Assembly (NCBI GenBank): GCA_964402415.1
Contig: CAYOCI010000006.1
Coordinates: forward strand, 16,020-80,019
Direction: 5' to 3'
Source of the DNA: an uncultured Clostridia bacterium
GTDB taxonomy: Bacteria > Bacillota > JAAYKD01 > CAYOCI01
DNA: 64,000 nucleotides
Shown piece by piece: positions 39,470 to 48,254 of this stretch; position 1 is the stretch's first letter, and each line of letters starts with the position of its first letter. Below the pieces are notes generated by a model, which was given only the letters and a program-made list of their open reading frames with translations, ran no database searches and was not told the origin of the DNA. The translations under genes were made by a program, and so were the position numbers.

Positions 39470-39570
39470 CCGGCCCGAATCAGAAGCGCCCGTCCCGCCA
39501 TGCTGGTGGAAACGAGCGCTCTTTTAGTCTTGGTCACTTCATCGGGTGCATTGGAGGCAGCCCCTATTCC
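39470..39570 (+). ncRNA. Copy 2 of the ~95-nt structured repeat
   Basis: See copy 1. This copy lies between the 38656..39228 gene and the end of the 39597..40034 gene. Confidence 0.35.
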
Positions 39571-39596
39571 GCTTCTGGGCTTAGGTTCATGCGGCC

Positions 39597-40034
39597 TTAC
39601 TGAAAGAGTCTGATACCAGTCTTGCGTGCTAGCGCGTCCCATGCGCTCCAGTCCAGATCCATCACCTCGAGCCAGAAGACGAGATAGACCAGGGGCAAGG
39701 CGATCAGGGCGTTGATCCAGAGATAGGAGGCAAAGAGAATCGTGCTGAGAAGGAAGACGATCCCGCCGATGGCCCCCGCCTTCGCCCAGTAGCCCCTGTG
39801 CATCAGCAGCACCCAGAAGCAAGTCTGAGCACCAGCGAACAGGAGCAGGGAGAAGACCTGCAACCATAGCGGTGAGGAGCTGACGATCGATCTAAGCCAA
39901 GGGAAAAGAGCGCTATCGCCCAGCCCCTTCACCATCTCAGGGGCAGAGATCGCCAGGTACAGGTTGACGAAGCTCGTGAATATGAAGAGGAGACCATAGA
40001 ACGTCTTGATGCCGTTTCCTAACGTGCGGCTCAT
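39597..40034 (-). CDS. Hypothetical integral membrane protein
   Basis: 145 aa with four TM helices. AGAGGTGA RBS 6 nt before the ATG. Confidence 0.5.
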   Translation of the reverse strand: MSRTLGNGIKTFYGLLFIFTSFVNLYLAISAPEMVKGLGDSALFPWLRSIVSSSPLWLQVFSLLLFAGAQTCFWVLLMHRGYWAKAGAIGGIVFLLSTILFASYLWINALIALPLVYLVFWLEVMDLDWSAWDALARKTGIRLFQ

Positions 40035-40611
40035 GGTATCACCTCTGGGTGCTGGAATGGGTTACGTTTCCAGCATAGGGGTATGTCATCTTTCTGTCAA
40101 TGAGCTGCTACTCCTCAACGGAGACTAGGAACATGCCATCTTCGAAACCGCCACGCTCGGTGGGCTTCACACACCGCAGCTTCTCGGGGTATGCGCGACC
40201 CGCTGTGCTTCACCGCGCCGCCTATCACTGTATTCGAGCAGCGGACATAGGTAAGACACGCTGCCCGCTTCGGTCGACGGCGAGGAATCTGCGTGAATGA
40301 CGTCTTGATTGTGAGATTTGCCCCATTAGGAATTGCCTGTGTCTAGCCGCAATATTGTCACATGCTGCCAGATGCCGACGGGATAAACACGAATCATGGA
40401 GGAATTGACGCGGTGAACGAGAATACAACATGTGAAATCTCAGAATCTGTCATTAAGGGGCACATAAGTGGACTACGCTAACTCGCTGCATTAGGAGACA
40501 ACAAGAGACGAGCTCACGAAATCTGGTTCGGTAAGGGTAGCGAGAGCGGCATTCATATGGGCTTTAGGATGGATAAGCACACTACACTGAAACACAGGAT
40601 GGACTTCGTTT

Positions 40612-41847
40612 ATGGATGGAAAAGCAGTAAACTTCATAGATCTATTTGCAGGTGCGGGCGGTCTGTCCGAGGGATTTGTGTCTGCGGGGTATAGTGCCAT
40701 TGCTCACGTTGAAATGAGCGCAAGTGCCTGTGATACCTTGAGAACTCGGGCCTGTTATCATTATCTGACCCAACACGGTATGTCGGCTATCTATGGAGAC
40801 TACCTCAGCGCTAAGATATCTCGACAACAGCTATACGCATCCGTCCCGAAATATGTTCTCGACTCCGTTATCAACCTGACGATGGGCGATGTAGCGATGG
40901 ATGAGATATATGACCGTATCGATGAAGCGATGATCGCACGGGATATCTCAAAAATCGAACTGATTGTAGGGGGCCCCCCCTGCCAAGCGTATTCCCAGGT
41001 TGGTCGCTCCCGAAAATGTATGGATGATGATCCCCGTAATCACCTCTATGAGCTATATTGCCAAGTGCTAAAGAGATATGAGCCGGAGATGTTCGTATTT
41101 GAGAATGTTCCAGGACTACTGACTGCGGGTGGAGGCAAGTATCTGCAGAGCATCCAAGCTACATTCAGGGAATCTGGATACGAGCCAGACTTTCGAGTGA
41201 TAGATGCGGCTGACTTCGGGGTGCTGCAGCAACGAAAGAGAGTCATTCTGATAGGATGGAAAATCGGGACTACGCATAGTTACCCAACTTTTCCAAGGAT
41301 CGACCATCCTTACACCGTCGCGGATATTCTGAATGATCTGCCGGCAATACAGCCCGGTGAAGAAAGAACCCAATATTGTCCGGGCGATTTCAGTCAATAC
41401 TTGCAGGATACCATGATTCGAACGGTAGGTGACATGTTGACGTGGCATGTGGCTCGGCCTCATATTGAGCGGGACCGTGAGATTTACCGAAAGACAATCG
41501 ATGCATGGAATGCAGGCCATAGGCGCCTCAAATATGACACCTTGCCTGACGAACTATGTACTCACAGGAATCGAAGTGGATTTCTTGACCGCTTCAAGGT
41601 AGTTGCCGCCGATCTTCCCACAAGCCACACGGTAATGGCCCATATTTCGAAGGACGGGCATTACTTTATCCACCCAGATATCGACCAAGCACGGTCAATC
41701 TCGGTTCGTGAGGCGGCGAGACTTCAGTCGTTTCCCGATGACTTCTATTTTGAAGGGTCACGCACCGCAGCATTTAGGCAGATCGGCAACGCAGTTCCAC
41801 CTCTAATGGCTAAGGGAATCGCAGAAGGACTTTTTAAGGAGTTTTGA
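40612..41847 (+). CDS. dcm: DNA (cytosine-5)-methyltransferase
   Basis: Motif I 'FIDLFAGAGGLSEGF', motif IV 'GGPPCQAYSQVGRS', motif VI 'FVFENVPGL', motif VIII 'QQRKRVILIG', motif X 'FRQIGNAVPPLMA'. Confidence 0.92.
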   Translation: MDGKAVNFIDLFAGAGGLSEGFVSAGYSAIAHVEMSASACDTLRTRACYHYLTQHGMSAIYGDYLSAKISRQQLYASVPKYVLDSVINLTMGDVAMDEIYDRIDEAMIARDISKIELIVGGPPCQAYSQVGRSRKCMDDDPRNHLYELYCQVLKRYEPEMFVFENVPGLLTAGGGKYLQSIQATFRESGYEPDFRVIDAADFGVLQQRKRVILIGWKIGTTHSYPTFPRIDHPYTVADILNDLPAIQPGEERTQYCPGDFSQYLQDTMIRTVGDMLTWHVARPHIERDREIYRKTIDAWNAGHRRLKYDTLPDELCTHRNRSGFLDRFKVVAADLPTSHTVMAHISKDGHYFIHPDIDQARSISVREAARLQSFPDDFYFEGSRTAAFRQIGNAVPPLMAKGIAEGLFKEF

Positions 41848-41862
41848 CAGGAGGGCATACAT

Positions 41863-43917
41863 ATGGCAACCGATCTGACCATAACTAAGTTCTACAGTGA
41901 GCTCCGTGATCAGATCCTACTGGCTGCTGACACCGAAACGAGTGGCTGGCAAGATGAGGACTTCCTGACATCTGCTATGCTCGACTATCTCGAAGAAGCG
42001 GGAGAAGTGGACACGCCTATTATCTGCCCGTTCAGAGAGCGTGGCCTGCAGCTTAACGCCTACGCGATTTCCGAGGACTATGAGTGTGTAGACATATTCG
42101 TCAGCATATTATCCGATGGTGAAACGCCTCAGAGCGTCTCCCAGACTGATGTTGACGCTGCTGTAAAACGTGCACTCCAGCTTTATCGTAAAGCCACCAA
42201 TGACCTCTATACTTCTTTTCAGAGGGACAATGACACATATGAGTTCGCTGTGACTATTCACAAGAAAAAAGCACTAATAAAGAAGGTCCGCGTTATTGCT
42301 TTGACTAACGGACTTGTCAAACCAATAACATTCAAGGACGTGACCGTTGATGGCGCGCAGATTTCCTTTACGGTATGGGATATCGATCGTCTCTATCGTT
42401 GCTGCACGTCCGGCAAAATGCGTGAAACGATTGAAATAGACTTTGAGGAACAGTTCGGTACTGTCATTCCCTGCGTAGAGAACAGATCGAGTGAAGCGTA
42501 TAGTGTGTATCTCGCAATACTGAATGGCGAAATGCTAGCGACTTTGTATGAGGTGCACGGAGCTAGATTACTTGAGAGGAATGTTCGCTCCTTTTTGCAG
42601 GTGAAAGGTCAGGTTAACAAAGGCATACGAGACACACTCCGCGATGAACCCCATATGTTCCTTGCCTACAACAATGGGATCTCCGTTACTGCCGAGAGCG
42701 TTGAGATCGTCCGAGACGATAACGGGAAGCCTTCAATCAAGAAGATACGCGATTTGCAGATCGTCAATGGAGGCCAGACCACAGCTTCCATTTTTAGTGC
42801 TAGGAAAGACAAGAAAAATGCAGCAGACTTATCACATGTATTCGTCCAAATGAAACTGTCTGTCATTAATTCTGCATCGCAGATGAATGAAGTAGTGCCG
42901 AAGATATCGGCATTTGCCAACACGCAAAATAAAATACAAATGGCGGACTTCTCTGCAAATGATCCGTTCCATAGAAGAATTGAAGAACTCTCACGAACCA
43001 TATGGGCCCCGGCGCAGAGCGGTATGAAGCCCCAAAATTGGTTCTACGAGCGTGCTCGTGGTCAATATGCGGATATGCTGTCTCGCGAATCCACTACCTT
43101 GAGAAAACGACACTTCAGAGAGGAACATCCGCTTTTTGCGAAGACGGATCTAGCACGATACGAGAACACTTGGGATCTACTTCCTCATCATGTGAGTGAA
43201 GGCGCACAGAAGAATTTCCGCAGATTTACACTTCGCTTGGCAGATCGCGGACATATCCTTCCCGATGAGGCCTACTTCAGGCATCTAATTGCAAAGGCAA
43301 TCCTGTTCAGACGGACCGAGAAGCTCGTTCAGCAGCAACAATATGGTGGGTACCGGGCCAACATTGTGACCTACACACTTGCGTGGCTGTCCTTTAAGAC
43401 GGCGCAGCGAATCGACCTCGAACGCATATGGAAAGAACAGGCACTCACCGAACACCTCGAGCGAGAGATTGTCGAGGTATCGAAATTCGTCCGGCACCTA
43501 ATCGTCAATCCACCTGGTGGAGCCAATGTTGGCGAGTGGTGCAAGAATGTAAAGTGCTGGAGTGCCATAAAGGAATATGAGCATGAGATTAGTGAGGGGC
43601 TAAAGGCAGAGCTGATCTCGATTAGTCGTCCGACCGCATCAACTGCACCAGTTAGTAGCATATCATCCGCTACCGCAGCAGAACAGGAAACCATCAACCA
43701 AGTATGTGCTATCGAGCCATCAACTTGGTTCGCGCTATCGAGATGGGCAAAGGAAACAAACAATTTCTTGCCTTGGCAACGCAGTCTTCTGTTCAGTGTC
43801 GGTACGATTGTCGGCAGGAAGCAGAGGCCGAGCCCTAAGCAGGCGACTCATGCATGGCGAACCTATGTGGATGCCACCGAGAAGGGCTTTGTCCCATCAC
43901 GTACAGAGCTGAGGTGA
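41863..43917 (+). CDS. AIPR-like (abortive-infection phage-resistance family) protein
   Basis: 684 aa with an AGGAGGG RBS, 15 bp after dcm. The acidic N-terminus and the 'LQIVNGGQTTASIF' motif match my recollection of AIPR-family proteins. Family assignment is not verified. Confidence 0.5.
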   Translation: MATDLTITKFYSELRDQILLAADTETSGWQDEDFLTSAMLDYLEEAGEVDTPIICPFRERGLQLNAYAISEDYECVDIFVSILSDGETPQSVSQTDVDAAVKRALQLYRKATNDLYTSFQRDNDTYEFAVTIHKKKALIKKVRVIALTNGLVKPITFKDVTVDGAQISFTVWDIDRLYRCCTSGKMRETIEIDFEEQFGTVIPCVENRSSEAYSVYLAILNGEMLATLYEVHGARLLERNVRSFLQVKGQVNKGIRDTLRDEPHMFLAYNNGISVTAESVEIVRDDNGKPSIKKIRDLQIVNGGQTTASIFSARKDKKNAADLSHVFVQMKLSVINSASQMNEVVPKISAFANTQNKIQMADFSANDPFHRRIEELSRTIWAPAQSGMKPQNWFYERARGQYADMLSRESTTLRKRHFREEHPLFAKTDLARYENTWDLLPHHVSEGAQKNFRRFTLRLADRGHILPDEAYFRHLIAKAILFRRTEKLVQQQQYGGYRANIVTYTLAWLSFKTAQRIDLERIWKEQALTEHLEREIVEVSKFVRHLIVNPPGGANVGEWCKNVKCWSAIKEYEHEISEGLKAELISISRPTASTAPVSSISSATAAEQETINQVCAIEPSTWFALSRWAKETNNFLPWQRSLLFSVGTIVGRKQRPSPKQATHAWRTYVDATEKGFVPSRTELR

Positions 43918-43923
43918 CGGGCA

Positions 43924-46503
43924 GTGCTAGAGTGGAATGACTACATACGAACTGTCCTCTTGGAACCAGCTGTATTTGATAACATAAACCTGACCATCAA
44001 CGGTGAGAGAGGTCTGACACCCGTTCCGCCGATTATCAAGGCAAGCATCGTAATGCTTGACCAGATAATTGCAGGGCAAAGCAAATATAATATTCTGGTC
44101 TTCCCGGAGAAAACACAGACCGCCTTCATCTTTGCGCTGGCTAAGGCTATCTATAACATAGGTGGTGGCAAAGTCCAGCTTACGTATGACCCACACATGT
44201 TTGCGCAGGGACAGAAACTGAAATATAAGAACTGTGTAATGGAGTTCAGCCATATCGAGAGCAAGTCAGGATATGAGCTAATTCATGTCAGATTCGCCGA
44301 AAAACTCACGTATGGGCTTCCCATTGAAATAGCGCCTCATCTTCAACTGGCAGAGACCAACCGTCTCTCTCGATTTCCCACATTCGCAAGTGTGTTCGAT
44401 GTTAGGGAGGCTCAGAAGAAGAAAGCATCGCAGTCGGCTGATCTCATTGAGCTTCTGCAAAACTACAGAACCCACATCGGCAGCTCTATTTTCTACGTCG
44501 CATCGATTCTAAGCACGAAGGAATATCTTAGTGGCAGCACCATAAATGGCAGCAAGTTACAGGATGTTCTATTGTTGAGCCACGCAAACCTGGAGGGTGG
44601 TATCAAACCGCTGAGCGCAGGGCAGTTGACCGGTAACCCCGCTATTGTCCTTGCGGCGAACCTGTATGCTGTCACTAATGCTATGGGCAAGGGCGCATCA
44701 CTGCAGTCGGTGATCGCCGATATATCAAATGTAGGCATCGTAGAGTCCCAGCTGGATGCCATGGATGAGCTCATGAGAGCAGGTATTCCCATCACGTGTG
44801 TTACGGATGTGGCAAACTCGTTTGAGCTCCAACCGTTGATTGACCGGGGGTACAACGTATGGAGATGGGACCAAGATAGCATTACCTCAGAGCTGTACGG
44901 CGTCTCGAACATCATCTCGGACTACAAGACGAAGCATTGCGCCAAGCGCAAAATTGAGTATGTCACCGTAGACGGGCAGGAAATAAGCGACTCTCTCAGA
45001 CTGTTATACTCTCGCAGAGAAGAGGTTTCAGATCAGTCGGCGCGAATGATAAGCGCCTTTGATAGATTGTTCTCAATCGCCTTTACAGCGTTGAGGACAG
45101 TCCACCCGCATACCCCATCTAGCTTGGCCAGGATGCATCAGGTGCTGAGCGATTGCGAGTTCGACCTACAACAGGAGCAGAGGTTTATATCCGATGAGGC
45201 CTACAACGATCATTCCGAGGTGATCCGCGGGCTTAAGAAGACCATCTGTTCAGGTTATGCACTCCCGAAACATGACGCGCTGGCAGAGCATCTGCTGTCT
45301 CATCACTATCGCAATATCTGCATAATTGTACCCGACAGAACGGATAAGGCCGCCTGCCAAGCCTATTGGATCGGCTTCTGCAGTCGTGAACACCTTCAGA
45401 CGGATGTGACGGTTATGTACCCATCCGAGTACTACGCTCTAAGCCGCTTTGCGTTTAATGCTACTGTTATTGTTGGTTGGCTCAACAATAGTATTATGCG
45501 AAAAGTGCTGTACAGCTTCAATACCGAAACATACGTGGTGTTGCTCTATGATTACGAAAAACGCTGGCAGAAGGCACACGTCGCCGCCTGGAACCGGGTG
45601 CTGAGTAACGAGAACAACCGAACTATCATTCGGAAATATCTCGCCAAGCCGACTGTCGATATCTCGACAGCAAGATTTAGCGACAGTGCCGCTCCTACCC
45701 CGTCTTCCGCAGCCGACGAACTGGGTGAAGTTGAGCGGATTCTCCGTGAGAATAAGTACCGCCAGTATGTAGCGCGAGGTGGTCAGCGAGCAGCCGATAC
45801 TATCGAAGCGGTGCCTGTGAACTTTGTTGGAGGCTACCTATCGTTCTACCGGTTGCCTCATAGGATCGTCACGGCAACCGATATTATCGTGAACGACGAT
45901 GATAAGATAGTCACCACGCTACCGATCGAGCTGAAAAACGGTGACTTTGTCATTGTCAGAGAAAGCGGCCGTGATCTCATCAAGGAAATTGCTGACAGGA
46001 TACTTGCTAGTTGCGGCAAGGCAGGTCTTCGTGATACTGCCATGAAGTGGAAAGAAGCGCTTACACTTGAAACTGTCTTCTCGACTGAGTTACAGATAAT
46101 ACAAAAGTTTACCGCAGCTGGATGCAAACGCAGTGTGCAGACAATCCGTGGCTGGTTGTCAAATGAAGATATCATCTCTCCGCAGGACAGAGATGATCTG
46201 GAGAGCATTGCATTGATAACCGAGGATACTGTGCTAATGGAGAAGATTGACGAAGTTTATTCTGCTGGTCGCGAAGTGAAAAACGCTCACGTACAGGCGG
46301 GTAAGTACTTGTCTGATCAACTCAAACAGAAGATCGCAGCCGAACTACAGGCATTTGGCGAAATCGACCCGTTCAATATTTGGGAGCCCATTACTCTCCA
46401 GCTCGAGAACATCGGGACTGTTAGAATTCTGAAGGTCATAGACATTGGCACACCTGTTGTCGTTGATATGGCAGACACGAACCGTCTGATAGTAGAGGGG
46501 TAA
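43924..46503 (+). CDS. Large hypothetical protein, defense-island component, no recognisable catalytic motif
   Basis: 859 aa; GTG start with a GAGGTG RBS 6 bp after the AIPR stop. No clear P-loop, HxK or PD-(D/E)xK motif found by eye. Confidence 0.5.
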   Translation: MLEWNDYIRTVLLEPAVFDNINLTINGERGLTPVPPIIKASIVMLDQIIAGQSKYNILVFPEKTQTAFIFALAKAIYNIGGGKVQLTYDPHMFAQGQKLKYKNCVMEFSHIESKSGYELIHVRFAEKLTYGLPIEIAPHLQLAETNRLSRFPTFASVFDVREAQKKKASQSADLIELLQNYRTHIGSSIFYVASILSTKEYLSGSTINGSKLQDVLLLSHANLEGGIKPLSAGQLTGNPAIVLAANLYAVTNAMGKGASLQSVIADISNVGIVESQLDAMDELMRAGIPITCVTDVANSFELQPLIDRGYNVWRWDQDSITSELYGVSNIISDYKTKHCAKRKIEYVTVDGQEISDSLRLLYSRREEVSDQSARMISAFDRLFSIAFTALRTVHPHTPSSLARMHQVLSDCEFDLQQEQRFISDEAYNDHSEVIRGLKKTICSGYALPKHDALAEHLLSHHYRNICIIVPDRTDKAACQAYWIGFCSREHLQTDVTVMYPSEYYALSRFAFNATVIVGWLNNSIMRKVLYSFNTETYVVLLYDYEKRWQKAHVAAWNRVLSNENNRTIIRKYLAKPTVDISTARFSDSAAPTPSSAADELGEVERILRENKYRQYVARGGQRAADTIEAVPVNFVGGYLSFYRLPHRIVTATDIIVNDDDKIVTTLPIELKNGDFVIVRESGRDLIKEIADRILASCGKAGLRDTAMKWKEALTLETVFSTELQIIQKFTAAGCKRSVQTIRGWLSNEDIISPQDRDDLESIALITEDTVLMEKIDEVYSAGREVKNAHVQAGKYLSDQLKQKIAAELQAFGEIDPFNIWEPITLQLENIGTVRILKVIDIGTPVVVDMADTNRLIVEG

Positions 46504-46517
46504 GGGGGTACGGCAGC

Positions 46518-48254
46518 ATGGCGAGAATGATTCCTTCAACTATATCCCCTGCCGTAAAAAGCAACGCAGAACGAAGGATCTTCGAGTGGTTTCGTGATGA
46601 CCCGCTGACCGTAGACTGGGTTGTACTACATTCATTGGGGATTACAAACCATAACAGAGTCATCCATGGAGAGATCGACTTTGTCGTCTTGGCGCCCAAC
46701 CTCGGTCTGTTTGCGCTGGAGGTGAAGGGTGGCCGGGTGAAGCAAGAGAGCGGAGTATGGCATTTTACCGACAAACACGGGGCATCAGGCAGAAAGGTGC
46801 GAGGTCCGTTCGACCAGGCATGGGACGGAGTGTTCAGCATCGTTGCATCGCTTGTCGACAAACTGGATGCGTCGCATCGGTACATGGCCGAGATGTTGTA
46901 CGGGATCGGTGTTATGTTTCCGGATATCACATACACCGCCATTAGCGTGGACGAGGAACAATGGCAGGTCTTCGACTGCAATGACGGCAGAAAAGTAGGC
47001 GCGTTTGTTCAGAGAGTTGCCGCTGGCACCAGACGGAAGTGGGAAGAACGCTACGGCCCCTTGAGAAGTTCAAAGCTGCCGTCCACTAGAGATGTCGAGT
47101 ATATCGCATCTCTCCTACGTGGGGATTTTGACAAGGCAGTTGCGGTCAGTGTTCAGCTCCGCAATGCGGAAGAGGAGCTCGTCGAACTAACAAAAGAGCA
47201 GTATAGGTGCCTTGACCAGATTGATGATAACCCCAGATGTGTGATCCAAGGCGCGGCGGGAACCGGTAAGACGCTTCTCGCTATTGAAGAAACAAAGAAG
47301 GCTGCAGCTGCTGGTGAGAAGGTGGCACTGTTCTGCTTCAATGCTAACCTCGGAGAGTGGCTCAGAAGCCACTTCTCCAAGATGTCTTACAGCTTGCGAC
47401 CTGCCTATGTAGGGACATTTCACAGGTATATGGCACAGATGACTCTTCGCGGGAGCGCTAATCTCAGGCAGCCATGTGACGAAGATATCCAGCGGTTCTA
47501 CACTGAGGATCTGCCGGAGGCTGCAAGTGTTGCATTGCAGCACGGGTCAGACAAGTATGACAAGATCATCATTGATGAGGCACAAGACCTGATCAAACCG
47601 CAGTATCTAGATGTCATGGACTTATCACTAAAGAAGGGCTTCTACCGGGGAAAGTGGACCATGTATGGCGACTTTTCCATGCAGGCGATATACTCTGGTG
47701 ATAGGAATGGCGATGAACTTAAGGAAATTCTTGAGCACCGAACGGCATTCATCTGGTTCAAACTGACGATGAACTGCCGCAACACCAAGCCAATATGTGA
47801 GGAGATTGAGACGGTTACAGGGTTCCATCCGCCGTCTAGCGTATGGGTAAAGACTGATGGCCCACCGGTTAACTACCTTACTTACTCCTCTCAAGCAGAG
47901 CAGAGGACAAAACTGCAAGAGTTGCTTACATCGCTGATGAGCAATGGCATCGATAAGCGGAAGATCACTATTTTATCGCCAGTGAGGCGTGAGAATTCCG
48001 TTGTCTCTCAGATTGACGACTTTGATATTCGCGATTTCCAGGTCAGTTCACTTGACGATATCACCTTCTCTACCATTCAAGCATACAAGGGGCTTGAGAA
48101 CACCGTGATAATACTTACAGATATCGACTCATTTCAGTCGGATAAGCTTATGTATGTTGCACTGAGTCGAGCAAGAGTTGGGCTGAACGTTCTGACATCA
48201 GACTCTGCACACAGTGAGTATCTTGAACTCCAGCGGAGGAGGTTTATGCCGTGA
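46518..48254 (+). CDS. NERD-domain nuclease fused to a UvrD/AAA_30-like P-loop ATPase
   Basis: NERD pattern 'GEIDFVVLAPNLGLFALEVKGG' at the N-terminus. Walker A 'GAAGTGKTLLA', Walker B 'KIIIDEAQDL', UvrD-C-like 'FSTIQAYKGLENTVIIL'. Its stop overlaps the next gene's GTG (GTGA). Confidence 0.7.
   Translation: MARMIPSTISPAVKSNAERRIFEWFRDDPLTVDWVVLHSLGITNHNRVIHGEIDFVVLAPNLGLFALEVKGGRVKQESGVWHFTDKHGASGRKVRGPFDQAWDGVFSIVASLVDKLDASHRYMAEMLYGIGVMFPDITYTAISVDEEQWQVFDCNDGRKVGAFVQRVAAGTRRKWEERYGPLRSSKLPSTRDVEYIASLLRGDFDKAVAVSVQLRNAEEELVELTKEQYRCLDQIDDNPRCVIQGAAGTGKTLLAIEETKKAAAAGEKVALFCFNANLGEWLRSHFSKMSYSLRPAYVGTFHRYMAQMTLRGSANLRQPCDEDIQRFYTEDLPEAASVALQHGSDKYDKIIIDEAQDLIKPQYLDVMDLSLKKGFYRGKWTMYGDFSMQAIYSGDRNGDELKEILEHRTAFIWFKLTMNCRNTKPICEEIETVTGFHPPSSVWVKTDGPPVNYLTYSSQAEQRTKLQELLTSLMSNGIDKRKITILSPVRRENSVVSQIDDFDIRDFQVSSLDDITFSTIQAYKGLENTVIILTDIDSFQSDKLMYVALSRARVGLNVLTSDSAHSEYLELQRRRFMP

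Noticed and set aside
40100-40431. ORFs 40100..40300 (+) and 40225..40431 (-) in the AT-rich region upstream of dcm
   Set aside because: They are short, overlapping and lack an RBS. The region is more likely the promoter/regulatory leader of the island, or an integration scar.
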